Part shown: one piece after another, positions 1-11,789 of the stretch | How positions within the stretch are numbered: position 1 is the stretch's first letter | Layout: the number at the start of each line of letters is the position of its first letter | Origin: Tubiluchus corallicola | Taxonomy: Eukaryota; Animalia; Priapulida | NCBI GenBank assembly: GCA_030141605.1 | Contig: JAQGDQ010000174.1 | Coordinates: 381,295-445,294 of the forward strand | Length of the DNA: 64,000 bases | Reading direction: 5' to 3' | Notes under the pieces: generated by a model | The model's database searches: none | Told to the model about the DNA's origin: nothing | Seen by the model: the letters and a program-made list of their open reading frames with translations, nothing else | Made by a program: the position numbers and the translations under genes

Positions 1-84
1 TCTGCACAATAGTTTGTTACAATTTATGCAACTTGCCAAAAATGTGCCTATGCTAGTCAATAAGATAAGCCAGCCCCGGCCCAT
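1..84 (-). CDS. Possible N-terminus (signal-peptide-like) of a gene running off the left edge
   Basis: Minus-strand ATG at 84 reads open to the window edge: MGRGWLILLTSIGTFLASCINCNKLLCR (basic, hydrophobic, then small residues). Upstream on minus: acceptor ...TTCTGCAG near 511 and donor GTAAGT at 796-791. An E2F-like GGCGGGAAA lies at 700-708. Only 28 codons are visible. Confidence 0.3.
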   Translation of the reverse strand, partial: MGRGWLILLTSIGTFLASCINCNKLLCR

Positions 85-2328
85 TCCATATTTTTCCCAA
101 GTTGGCTTTATGCTGTTTTACTTTATGTTCTAATTGATTCTCGACAGGGATGATAAAATTTCAATAAAAGATAAATCAATTTCGTATAATACGTTTTGTT
201 CCATAGGTCATAACCCAGTTTCAATTTTTGTAAAAGCATCTGCTGTTTATCTTGCTTGCAAAAAAAGTATTAAGCACCAATACGGGATTGTGCTGATTAC
301 GTTAAGCATGCATCTTACTGTTTTCCTTGGATTTGTTCAAGTAAATTGGAGTCGATGTTTCTGTCGGTCGATCAAGTCCCTAACTGGTCTTCATTTAGGT
401 CTTAGTTACTTTTCAATTTTGGAAACTAAACAAACTCAACTAAGAACTGATCGCCTATGGCTTCTATGTTCTACAGTAACTACAAGTAACATACGCATAC
501 ACTGTACAACTGCAGAAGTAAACATACTAACATATAAGACGAAGCTGCAACCATCTGCTAACCACAAAGTCACATACTGTGGCATCAAACAATTGCTTTA
601 ATTTTTCAAGCTAAATACGGTTAAAAAAATCAATAATTAACACACAAGCCTACACCAGTTGTCTTGAATCTCAATCTCCACAAATCGCATTCACAAAGTG
701 GCGGGAAATCTGATCGGCTCGCATTAGAAAAATTCTTTGCAAAGAGTGTAGCTTCTTCTTTTGCTTTTGTTGCAACTGTTTAGCGGTGAGACTTACAGTA
801 TACCGCCACGACGCCTAATTTTATAAGCGTCATTCAAACACCTCTTAAATGAAAATCAAAATAGATTAAATTTAACAGCCTTGAGTAAATTTGAGTAAGC
901 ATACAATAAAGTTCGTTGTAGCTAATATTCCCGTTAATAGTATTTATATCGATGATTTGGTGTGAATATAAAAACTTATTTTGCAATTATTTAGTTTCTC
1001 ATTCTGGGACAGAAATTGGAGGACTCATCAAGTCTGCAAACAACGGATATGCAGTTCTGCAGACCCTACACATTAATTAAATTGTTAGTTATCTGCTTAT
1101 ACGTGCATTTAGAAACTATGAGTGTACTCTTGCTGAGTGACTTAGCGCCCTTCCTTAAATATTGTTGAATATATTTATATAGTTTTCTGAATTTATTTAG
1201 AAGGCAAACACATAAATTATTATTACTATTAATTAGGAAAGCACTGCAGGATCCATCCGTGTCAAGCCAGTAATTTCATCAGTGAAATGCTGATTTAATT
1301 TTACCAAACTGATTTTTGACTGTCATCATTTGTTTGGTATAGAGGCAGTTACTGCATGTACGTTTTTGAATTGAATGTGAGCAAAAACTAGAACAAGAAG
1401 TCGAAAACTTAAAATTTCAGCTTCAAAGTTGCTTCCACAAACAATAAACAAATCGGTTGGGTATCAAATTGTTGTAGCCTGTAGTGCATGTGCCTATTGT
1501 CATTTTACCACAATTTTAATACATTAATGATTCAAATATGTTAATAGATTTATTGGTATCTATCACGCTCTATAGAGCATTATATTACCTTCTTTGAATG
1601 AGAATATGCTAAATTAAATGGTGTAAATAAGGACATACTTTAATATTTTGATAATTATGGCATTAACATATAATAAGCCTTCTGCATGTAGTTTTAAGCA
1701 GTTTTACCAGTTTGTCCGCTACCAGCAAGAAATGATCTAAATTAGAAATGAAATAAATTAGAAATTACGAATTGTGAGACAGGCACTGTGATTTCAAAAG
1801 TGCTACAATAATATTTCAAAATGCAAGATTCATTCTTAGTGACCATTGAATAGTGCGTGATAAACAGTTCAAAAGGTATTTATTATGCTAATAGTCATAA
1901 ATGCTTATGAAGTACTTGCTACAATGACAAAACGTAGTTGCGTAAATTTCATAATATTTACTTATAGTTGCCAAAAAGTCAGTCTTTTGTCATTGTTTAT
2001 TACATTTTAACTTTATTGCAATAGATAAACAATTATAACCTTCTAGAAATACATAAATGTACATCAGATACTGTAATTCTGAAAATAAGTAACAGTTGTT
2101 AAAGAAACCAAAACAAACACTTTTACTTAAAAACCCATATCAGTAAAGCAAATTACTACAGGTAGCAGAGTAAACATTTAACAAAGAAGCAAAAAACTGT
2201 TTGATACGAACAAATACATTTACAAATTGCATACACAGTAGAATCATATAACATGTTCAAAATGAATTCACTTCTCATGTAAAAATACAAAATAGCCTCT
2301 TTAGCAATCAGTATGATGCTATTAGGAT

Positions 2329-2856
2329 TTAATCATCAGATGGCTTAATAAACTTTGGCTTCTTTCGTGGTTTCGGCAATGCATCTTCTTTGGTTTTTAT
2401 CTTAGAAGATGTCTCAAAGTTTGCTGTTTTGTCAGTGTTTAAAGAGTCAGCTTCTTGCGAAGAACGACCACGTTTCTTTGTAAATTTTTTGCCAATGGTA
2501 TCGATCAGCGTCGTATATCTTTCTGCAAATTCCACATCAGACACACTGTCACTTTTTTCCTTTGCTAGAGACTGTTCCAGCTGACGATCTGCTTCCAATG
2601 CAGACATAAGTTTTTCTATCTCTGGATTTTGCCCCTTAAATGACATACGCCCAAACTTAAGAAATTCAACTGAGGCATAGCTCGGTTCTATCAAAAATTT
2701 ACTTTCCTGCAAGCTCTGCTGTAAAATGCTATTTGAGTTTACCTGACTAAATGACTCTTTTGCTTCCTCTTTTTCCCGGGTCTTTTGCATGAATTTCATC
2801 TTCAAAACAGAAGATGACAATTTGGTTTTAGTCTGCACATCTGAAAAGACAGCCAT
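2329..2856 (-). CDS. MPHOSPH6: M-phase phosphoprotein 6 (nuclear exosome cofactor MPP6), 175 aa, single coding exon
   Basis: Family motifs LSSSVLKMKFMQ, FGRMSFKGQNPEIEKLM, VSDVEFAERY, TIGKKF and C-terminal KFIKP.DD. A TTTAG acceptor ~8 nt upstream of the ATG indicates a 5'UTR intron. Confidence 0.93.
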   Translation of the reverse strand: MAVFSDVQTKTKLSSSVLKMKFMQKTREKEEAKESFSQVNSNSILQQSLQESKFLIEPSYASVEFLKFGRMSFKGQNPEIEKLMSALEADRQLEQSLAKEKSDSVSDVEFAERYTTLIDTIGKKFTKKRGRSSQEADSLNTDKTANFETSSKIKTKEDALPKPRKKPKFIKPSDD

Positions 2857-3539
2857 CCTCGTGTCTAAAATAATTAGCGCTTAAATAAAAATGAAGAATG
2901 GGTCAGAATGAGGTCGTTGTTATGCACTGTCTCAGTACCCATAGTCATGATGTACTTCACTATACATAATTCTGTGGATTATAAGATCTAATAAATTCTC
3001 TTATTGCTTGAAATGCAACACTGAAAGTGTGAAAGCAGAACTGCAAAAAAGCAAATTTGTCACATGGTGGTGGATATGCTGAAATTCACTGTTCACTGTT
3101 CAATTCTTTTATGAAGATGGAAAGAATTAAAAAAATTGCTTGACACAAAATAACTTGTGCCACGGACATCACAAAACCTGAAATAAAATTACAGAGATTG
3201 TTGTTACTACTGATTATTAACATTGTGTTAATTGATTAACACATTAAATAGTTTACAGAAAACAATATTGTACTATTTCACTATCTACATGAAAAATAAC
3301 ATTAGCGAATGATAGTATCTGATACTAAAAAATTTTCAACCGTGTTAGCTTCACGGAACATGATCAAATAACGACCTGGTATACAGCTCTCATTAACTGA
3401 TATGAAGAAAATGCAGTAACTGGTCTAGGCTATGGACACTAGAAATATAAAGGTAGTCGTGGCAGTTATACTGGTAATATAAAGTTCTATGTTGGAAAAG
3501 TAACAAATTGCACTAGAAAAATAGGTTACTTTACATTAC

Positions 3540-3725
3540 CATAGATCGACAGGGCGAACCCTATAAGCAGGCTTTTTGCCCATAATTATCTCTCGTGTTA
3601 AACGTCTGTTAATTGTTTATCATATTTTTTTCTCTTGCATTTTACATTTCTCTCTCTAAATTGTCTCTCAAGTGAAAGTGCCACCTAACGGCAGTTGTCG
3701 TAGTATGGTGAGGAAGCAAGGTCAG
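3540..3725. promoter_or_regulatory. Putative bidirectional promoter between MPHOSPH6 and PCYT1 with a CTCF-like site
   Basis: Lies between divergent genes. GTGCCACCTAACGGC (3678-3692; reverse complement GCCGTTAGGTGGCAC) resembles the CTCF core. A plus-strand donor AAG|GTCAGT is at 3721 and another GTAAGT at 4439. Confidence 0.4.
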
Positions 3726-5810
3726 TGGTGGTATGGCTCACGTATCAGATATGTTGGTTTATGATAAATGAAATGATGCTGCAGAAAGGTTGGATTTAAA
3801 AAAAAAACGTTTAGTCTGATTACATTAAGGTAATTAGAGAAAATAATCAATATATATTATTATTACTGTGTTCTATACCAGAGTTGTTAGACTCTTGTTC
3901 ATGATATGAGAGCCAATATCCTCAACACATAGACGGTCACCACTAGGCCTGTATCGAACGAAATCCAGATACCCGATGAAGCTGGATATCAGATATCCAA
4001 ATCCGACCTAACCCAGCAAAAATTTCAACTGGATCCAAACTCAAAAATTAGTATGAATGAATTTAATGAAATACAAGACCTACAATGCCAAAAACAGCCT
4101 ATTTCATGATCATGACTAAATAACGAAATCGACACACCATGGCAAGCATTCTGCGGCTGCACGTAGAAAGTGACGCTGAACGGAGAACCTCTGCATTAAA
4201 GTATTCGCTGGCTAGGTTGTTTTACGCTTTACTTTAGAAAATGATTGTGGGGATAAAAAATTCACACAACTCTATAATTTTACAACAATTCCTAAAACGT
4301 GCAAGTTATGCAGCGGAGAAATGAGGTAATAGCAAACGTCTTTGCAATAGCTTCAAAGACAACTAAGCATTATGAAAGAATTTGCATGTTGCTGGCTTTG
4401 TTGTGTACACAGACTAAGTGGTACTGCGGCAGTAGTCCGTAAGTAAGCGTATATATTTATCAAGTGTTTACTATTTGATGTATGGCAGCAGCAGGGTACA
4501 AAAAGTAAACTTAGGAGGCCGTAGCTTCATAAAAAGGATACTTTAATTGATGGCAAGCTGGTGTGTTCAGACCTAGCTACTATTCAGTTTTATATCCTCA
4601 GTTACTATGTTAGATTGTTACTAATAGACATAGACATTTTTATTTATCTCCTCATTTACACCAGTATACAAGTTGACTATTATTTTTATAGTTAATTGAT
4701 TAAAAAGGATAAATTAAGCATAAAGGAAAGAGTTAAAGGGGGTGCAGGAGAAAGGGTAGCGAAAGACCAATTGGTCATCCAGTCAGCTACAATACTATAA
4801 TAGAAGCAAAGTAAATAATATTGCTGACTAAAAGTAAACAAATATTTTCGATTAATAATAATTATTTTTGACCTGCTTAGAGTAGACAAGCCAGTGTTGA
4901 TATCGCTTATGTTTTACGAAATAGTATGATACCAATTCAATTCAAAACATGCATTTATTTCTATATTCATGATATAACTGAGGCAAGTAAATGTATTTAA
5001 TTATCATAATGGAAATAGGATGGCAAAAGACCAAGAAGGTCAACTGGTCAAGCCATCCTTCAATGGGTGTATGTGATTAATGGGATGACACTGTAGCTAT
5101 TTCACTCATGAATAGTAGTGAAATTACATTATTACTATTTTACTTAGCAACTTGATCTGTTTAAAATTCACTAATTAACTTTAAATAACTGAAGGATGAA
5201 AATGCAATCAAAAATACCTAAACTTACAGGAAAATGATGAAGAAAAAGCAATGGTAAGTAAAAGCCAAATAATGGTACAAATGAATATAAAAATGATCAA
5301 AATTCAAGCTATCATATCGTCCATGTATAACTCAAAATGAGAAAAACATGCAAAATAATAACAATAATATTAAATAAAAAATAATAAAAAACAAATAAAA
5401 TAAAGTGAAAAGTAAGCTAGCCAAACAGAAATTTCAATAAACTTTCAAATAGGGAACTGAATGAAACTGCAAAATACTTGCATTAAAATAATAACAAACA
5501 TGTCTGATTAATAAACAAAACAAAAGAAAAACAAATAAGATCAGCTAAGTTTGAGTCATATAGCGAAAATCGATACTGCTGGCTAATTTGTGGTTGTAAT
5601 TCATGCAGTCGTATCCTGATAAATACATGAATATGATATTTTCCTAGATAATAAACTTGTGACAGATTTTTCCTATCACAAAACACTATTATCACATATT
5701 TGTGTATGCTGGAAATTATCAAAATAGAAAATTATTTGTAAGTTTATGAAGAACAGTAATGCAAAAGTAAGTGTAAGCGAAATTTAATTCAAGATTTACT
5801 TCAACCTTTT

Positions 5811-6110
5811 TTAATTCAAGATTAACTTGAGTTTGAAGTGAGTGCCAGTTAAAAAAAGGTTTGTATCATCAGCGAAAAGACGTGCAGTGAAATTAGTTGC
5901 TTGAGGGAGGTCGTTGATATAGAGTAAAAAGAATAAGGGCCCCAGTGTAGAACCTTGTGGTATGCCCGTCGTGACGTTAAGAAGAGTGGATTTAGCATTG
6001 CCTACCATTGTAAATTGTCGTCTATTACGAAGATACAATTTCGTTAAATTAAATTATACCCTTAGCCTTACTTAGAGAAGTTGGTGGATCACCATTGTTC
6101 ATAGTGCAAG
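5811..6110 (-). mobile_element. Non-LTR retrotransposon (CR1/L2 group) reverse transcriptase fragment
   Basis: Translation contains GIPQGSTLGPLFFLLYINDLP and LFADDT (RT catalytic motifs); truncated and degenerate. Confidence 0.9.
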
Positions 6111-7124
6111 CATCTTGGAAGGCAAAGTTAAGCAGTTCTGCTTCATCCAGTTGTGTTTATAATACCGTACCATCCTCAAAATGAGAAGGAGGAATTGACA
6201 GTGTAATGAACAGACAAGTATTGGCATATTTGTAAAGATTTGGGATTAGACTTTGGGTTAGCTAGTAATAGTATCTGATTTTTGTGCTGTTGCTTAGCAA
6301 GATTAATAATACACTATAAGGCAATAACCTCATTGCCTTAAACAATACCATAACAGGAAACTCAGGAATTGACCTCGAGTTTACATACTGTGTGACGTGT
6401 GCTAGTGTTATCTGTTTAGTACTGTATCTGTATCTGTGGTACAGTGTTTAGGTACCTTAGTTTCTAGACATGTCTTACATTTTTTACCACTGCCTAGTGT
6501 GTGTGTTATATTTGAGGGCAGTTTATAATCAAGGGCATTTTAAATTTATTTAAAAAAATGTTGTAACTAGAATAAGTACTTTCAACAAAAACTTTTTTAT
6601 TCCATTTTATATCAACAAGCATTATAATGTAAGTCTTAACATTTTATGCAAGTCTTAATCCTTATAGACATTAAGCAATAATGAATATAAGGATCAGCAA
6701 GCACTAATAAAATCTTCAGTACTAAGCAGAATATTGAGAACTTTCCATCCCCATGTCTTGCATGTTGTCATCATTTCGTTTGTCGTATCAATAGTAAAAA
6801 TCAATAGTATGTTAAACCTTTTCTGTTTGTATGGTTAAAAAATAAATCATATAACCCAACTTCACGTAAAAATAACACCAGTTTTACACCTTATTATTTT
6901 GTGATTTATATGGAAAAATGTGTGTAGCATTTTGTCAATATTGTCTGATAACTGATTTTTTTCTCTGCAGTCTAGCCTCATAAACAAAATACTGCTGAAA
7001 ATTTATTCTCACTTCTACATTAAGTAAGTGTGGACATTATTCTGAGGTCTAACTCATAAGAGTTTTGCATTCTTATTATCGTTTTAAACTACAATAAGTG
7101 GTGATTTTCAGAGATTTGTGAAAG

Positions 7125-7193
7125 ATGAAACGGACACGTTCACAAGCAGGATTAGACACTAACGATGGCCGTGTACGTAATGAGCACAGACCG
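7125..7193 (+). CDS. PCYT1: Choline-phosphate cytidylyltransferase (CCT), coding exon 1
   Basis: TTTCAG acceptor at 7110-7111, ATG 7125, MKRTRSQAGLDTNDGRVRNEHRP (basic NLS-like start), donor GTAAGT at 7194; phase fits the next exon. Confidence 0.75.
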
Positions 7194-7916
7194 GTAAGTG
7201 CTACGGAAGATTTGGTACTACATCTATAAGTTTTGTATACTATATATATTTGTCTGTGTCTGTCAAGTATATGCAGAGCACAACACACAATTAATCATGT
7301 ATTTGTTCTGTGTTCTATTTTATTACAATAATAAGTTTCTCAACACTAATTTCTGCCTATTTTTAGAGTGAGTTGGTAACATAATTGAATCAAACTTTTC
7401 TATATGCCCATCCTAATCTTTCCCAAGTACCAGTCCTAATTATGTTCTGACAACTGGTTGGAAGTTTTTTAAATGGTAAGCTTGCTACTTGTACCTGTGC
7501 CTTTTGTGACACTGCTGTGGGCCAAATGTCCCATCTCAATCCTTGATAATATGATGATATCAAATTAAATAGGCCCTTCAACATTGAGTAGGCCCTGTCA
7601 CTGACTGCTGATTGCTTTGTAGAATGCCAAATTGTATAAACAAACTTGTGTAGATGAGCTGACTTGAAAATTTGTAGTTGACGTGAAAGTATCTTTCTTT
7701 ACACAGAGAGACTGCATCGCTTTGGAAAACATACTTGTATAATCGATTGTGTAAACAACTAATAAGTGCAAACAAATTGAATTTGCAGCAGAGGAAATTT
7801 TGCATTAACCATTCAATGTAAAAAAATTTCACTTCTATTATTTTGTTTAGTAAAAATTGGTTTGTTAGCCTTTAAATGTAGGAATAAAATCTCTAAAATG
7901 TTGTGGTTGTTTTCAG

Positions 7917-8025
7917 GCTTTGTGCGCACCAGCTCCTTTCAGTGATGAATGGGAAAGTGAAATTGAAAGAGAAACATGTGATTATTCCATCCACATAACC
8001 AAGGAAATGGCTTTAGCAAATGATG
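7917..8025 (+). CDS. PCYT1: PCYT1 coding exon 2
   Basis: AG/GT bounded; ALCAPAPFSDEWESEIERETCDYSIHITKEMALAND matches the CCT PAPFSDE motif. Confidence 0.9.
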
Positions 8026-8084
8026 GTAATGTATTTCAGGCCCAGATTATGTTGGAGTTGATCTGTGGAGAAAATTTTGCACTT

Positions 8085-8470
8085 TTTGGTTGAGCAACTC
8101 AACCAAATCGCTACTGTTCTGGGTGTTATTGTTGTTGTTCTTGCTGTTGCAGGGATTGCCTTTTTGAAAAAAAAACCTAATGTTTCGCAAATTTGCCATG
8201 GATCGTCAGGAAACTTCACATGAATGTACTAGAATGACTTCTGCATTAGCTGACAGAGTCGGAATTTTGATTTATTATTCTAAACTCAAGGCGGTGGCAA
8301 TAACTTCATTTTTAAAAAAAGCCTAAGGCTCTGTTAATTTGAAATGATCCATCACAAACTTTTATTAGAATGTTCATGAATGAATTAGTGAAGTCCACAT
8401 TGACCGATGGATCCGGTCTTTCAAGTTGCAATTTTAAATTCAAGATGTCAGAGCATCAGTTATTCTGCCT
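8085..8470. repeat. Degenerate non-autonomous element: (GTT)-rich tract followed by two diverged ~147-bp tandem core units
   Basis: Units start AAAAAAA(A/G)CCTAA(T/G)G at ~8167 and ~8314 and share AAACTT...GAATGT...GAATGA...TGAC...TCAAG blocks. The architecture is reminiscent of Helitron/DINE-type non-autonomous elements; family not established. Confidence 0.45.
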
Positions 8471-8813
8471 ATCAGTGACTATATCTAAATAGGAGGAAGT
8501 AAGGGAGCGTGTTACACAACTTTTTAGTGAGAGGGACATCTGTTATTATGTGAAGTATAATTCCTGAATTCTTTAAGTTTTCAGTTTTTGTAGCAGAATC
8601 ATATGTTATCTGATTCCATATATGTTCAATTAGTTTTTCTTGTTCTACAGCCTTAGTTCAGAAAAGTTTCGCTTTTTGGAGAAAGACGTTTAATTTTTGT
8701 CAAGAATTAATGTAAAAGCCTTTAGGTGTATTCTTACAAGTAGAAGAAAATGCACAAATATGTAAAGAAAGAGGGTAATCCATAAATTTATCGTTTGGAA
8801 CTTTTAATTTCAG

Positions 8814-8930
8814 TTCCTCGACCTGTGCGTGTTTATGCTGATGGCGTCTATGATATGTTTCATCAAGGTCACGCGAGACAACTGCAGCAAGCTAAAAATG
8901 TCTTTCCTTGGGTGTACTTAATTGTTGGTG
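8814..8930 (+). CDS. PCYT1: PCYT1 coding exon 3 (HxGH motif)
   Basis: [38 protein letters not shown]; cytidylyltransferase HxGH signature; AG and GTAAGT bounded. Confidence 0.97.
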
Positions 8931-8956
8931 GTAAGTAGAGCCTGGCCTCTTTGATG

Positions 8957-9347
8957 AATAAGCCTTTTTCACAGTTCCAGCGATTATTGATGATTGTGAA
9001 AAGCTCAAAGGATATGTGAACCAGACAACTCATTTGTGTATACTTGACAACACTTCGTAGCCCAAACTATTGCGATAGTAACAGTTAAAGCTAGCTAGAA
9101 CCTTATCTGGTTTATTTTTTCTTGTTCCAAAGCAAGATCCTGCAAGTATTACTCTACACACAAACTAATGCATAATTGCGTAAAATCCGCATAAAACAAC
9201 GGAAGTTTCTGAACTGATGTAGCAAACAGCTTTGTTTTATACATATGTCATGTGATGGTTATAGTTAAGACGCATTGCTGGGGTTCACATAACTTTTAAC
9301 CTACAGCAACTACACCTGCGCACAACACAACTGTGAAAAGGCTTATT
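8957..9347. mobile_element. MITE family A, copy 1 (~390 bp, ~19-bp TIR)
   Basis: Left AATAAGCCTTTTTCACAGTT and right AACTGTGAAAAGGCTTATT are inverted repeats; a colinear second copy lies at 25147-25535. Confidence 0.85.
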
Positions 9348-10316
9348 ATGGAACGTAATGGCTTACAGTTGGGGTGCATGAAAACATGTCTAAAATGTAA
9401 TTACTTCATGAACACTATCAGCATTTTATATAATTACTTATGCCATAAAAGCTATCACATTTCCTTAAATTGTGATTGCTGAGAATTCTGCAGGTGGCTA
9501 GTACTAGATGGATGTATGCATAATTATCTGTTGCAATAATTTCAATAGTACAATATAATGATATGCTTTTACTTTATATTATGACATTATAATGCATTAT
9601 ATAAAATTTACTAGCTCTTTTGCTAAACCGATAAATGTTAACTATTGCTTTATCATTGCATGGTCAAGAATAACATGTTTTTCTTTAAATTACTTTTCAT
9701 TTGTTACTTTTCATTACTTTTCATTACTTTAAATTAACTTTTCATTTTTATTAACAAACAGATATCAAGCGCGAAATACTTTCATACATGTCGTCAGTTA
9801 TATTAGAAATATTTTTTATAATTATTTGTTAATACAAAACAAAAGCTGTCACTTAAAACATCTTCTGTCACAGAAGAATCTTGCCACAGTTTTTGACACA
9901 GCTAAGCATACTGGCTAGCTTTTTATTGTTTTTCACGTGTTGATTATATTCCATTAAGTTGAAATTTATCAGTACATGCACATTGCACATGTTTGTTATA
10001 CAGTCACTCCTATGTTTCTACAAAATAACAATAAGTATGGGACAACGAAAAACAGCTAATGTTAATCTTAAAAAATGATGAAATTTTCCTATTAGAAGTA
10101 CCTCCCATCACATTCACCAACAAAGAACAAGTTGGCAGTTACCCGACTGCCGTTTAACAGTGGTTAATGTTAACATTTTTTTTAACAATTTTGTTTTAGA
10201 AAATAATTGAATGGTCGTCATTTAAAATTTTTGTTGTAATAAACCTATTTAGCTTAATGTACTAGTTCTCATCATTGTTGCTTTGGATTTTAACTGATTC
10301 TTCTCGAAATTGATAG

Positions 10317-10468
10317 TTGCTAGTGACGAAGATACGCACAAATTGAAAGGCAGAACCGTGATGACTGGTCCAGAAAGATACGAAGCCGTCCGTCATTGTA
10401 GATATGTGGATGAAGTATACAGAGCATGTCCATGGACTATCACAAAAGATTTTTTAGAAGAAAATAAG
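10317..10468 (+). CDS. PCYT1: PCYT1 coding exon 4
   Basis: [50 protein letters not shown]; conserved RHCRYVDEV motif. Confidence 0.97.
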
Positions 10469-10681
10469 GTTGGTTAAATGTGGAAGTTTATGTGATCCTG
10501 GTAGTACGTTTTGCTATCATTATTATATCGCAATGGAGACGAGTTGAGAATTAGACATTACTCGCAAGCATCACACTAAGCTTTGCTAAACTGTATTTTC
10601 ATTTCTGTAAGCTATACATTTCTTAAGTTGTGTTCCAGGAAGCTTATCTTTCGGCATAATAATATTTGATCTCTTTTCTAG

Positions 10682-10903
10682 ATCGACTTTGTAGCACACG
10701 ATGATCTCCCGTACGGTTCTAGCAACAGCGAAGATATATACAAACCCATAAAAGATTTAGGTATGTTTATGCCAACACAAAGAACAGAAGGTATATCAAC
10801 GTCAGACGTTGTTGCTCGAATTGTACGAGATTATGATTCTTATGTACGACGAAATTTAGCCCGAGGATATTCTGCTAAAGAGATGAACATTAGCTTTTTC
10901 AAG
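10682..10903 (+). CDS. PCYT1: PCYT1 coding exon 5 (RTEGISTS motif)
   Basis: [11 protein letters not shown]...[47 protein letters not shown]; donor GTAAGA at 10904. Confidence 0.97.
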
Positions 10904-11412
10904 GTAAGAAATGTAGTAAAACTACAAAGCATCATAAATTTGCAAAATCCTAAAATATTCAGACTTACAACTCGTGTTAACTCAGAGCAGATGGCTAATT
11001 CCTAACAAGGTCACTCTCTTTTAAATCGATTTAGTCGTTTCAAATATAGCGTCAATGTGCTGCTGTAAATTAGTCTTAGAAGTCAGTTTAAAAATACAGA
11101 GGTGTATAGGCTTTTTGAAATTTTAACCTTTTTCACAGGTGTCTATTTAGGCTTGTCATCTTCGCTAGAAAGCTAAACGTGTTTTGAAAAGCATGTATAA
11201 CACAGTTACCAAGGCATTTTTTGTACTCAAAATGACTTAAGTGGCCATAGGAAATAAAACCATTCATGCTGGGTCTTTTGGACCCAATCTGCGATATAAA
11301 CACTTATATTATAACCTTGAAAATAGAAAAATATAAACTGACCATTGCTAATAAATTGTTGCAAGTGGACAGAGCAATCGTCTTAATGCGGAAAATTGCT
11401 TTAGCGTATAGT

Positions 11413-11789
11413 CAGAGCCAGATTATCCTATAGGCTAGGTAGGCTGAAGCTTAGAGCCAATCAAGCTTGGGTCCCTCAAAGCTTTGGAAATATTTGGTTG
11501 AAAATATATTTTTTACTATATGCGTGAGGAAATATGTGCTAATTTGGGTTGCAATAAATAGTAAAATACACATAGAGTGTTTCTTAAATATTTTGATTGG
11601 CAAACAAAAGATAGTTATTCTAGTTTATTTCCAATAAGTTTACTTAAAACTGTATAAATGTCGTTAAAATATATCACGAGTAAAAATTGTTCAAGACGGG
11701 TGAGGGAGAGTTAGAAGGTGGCTGCATCTGAGGAGGACCCCATGACTTCCAACAGCCTATGGGCACCAAAAGTTATTAATCGAGCCCTG
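11413..11789. mobile_element. Old hAT-like MITE remnant
   Basis: Degenerate TIRs CAGAGCCAGATTA and TAATCGAGCCCTG with TAGGCT/AGCCTA subterminal motifs; no TSD recognisable. Related fragments at ~18751, ~46838 and ~47620. Confidence 0.4.

Noticed and set aside
134-601. 155-aa plus-strand ORF
   Set aside because: Non-ATG start and no recognisable domain; more likely antisense to the 5' region of a minus-strand gene.
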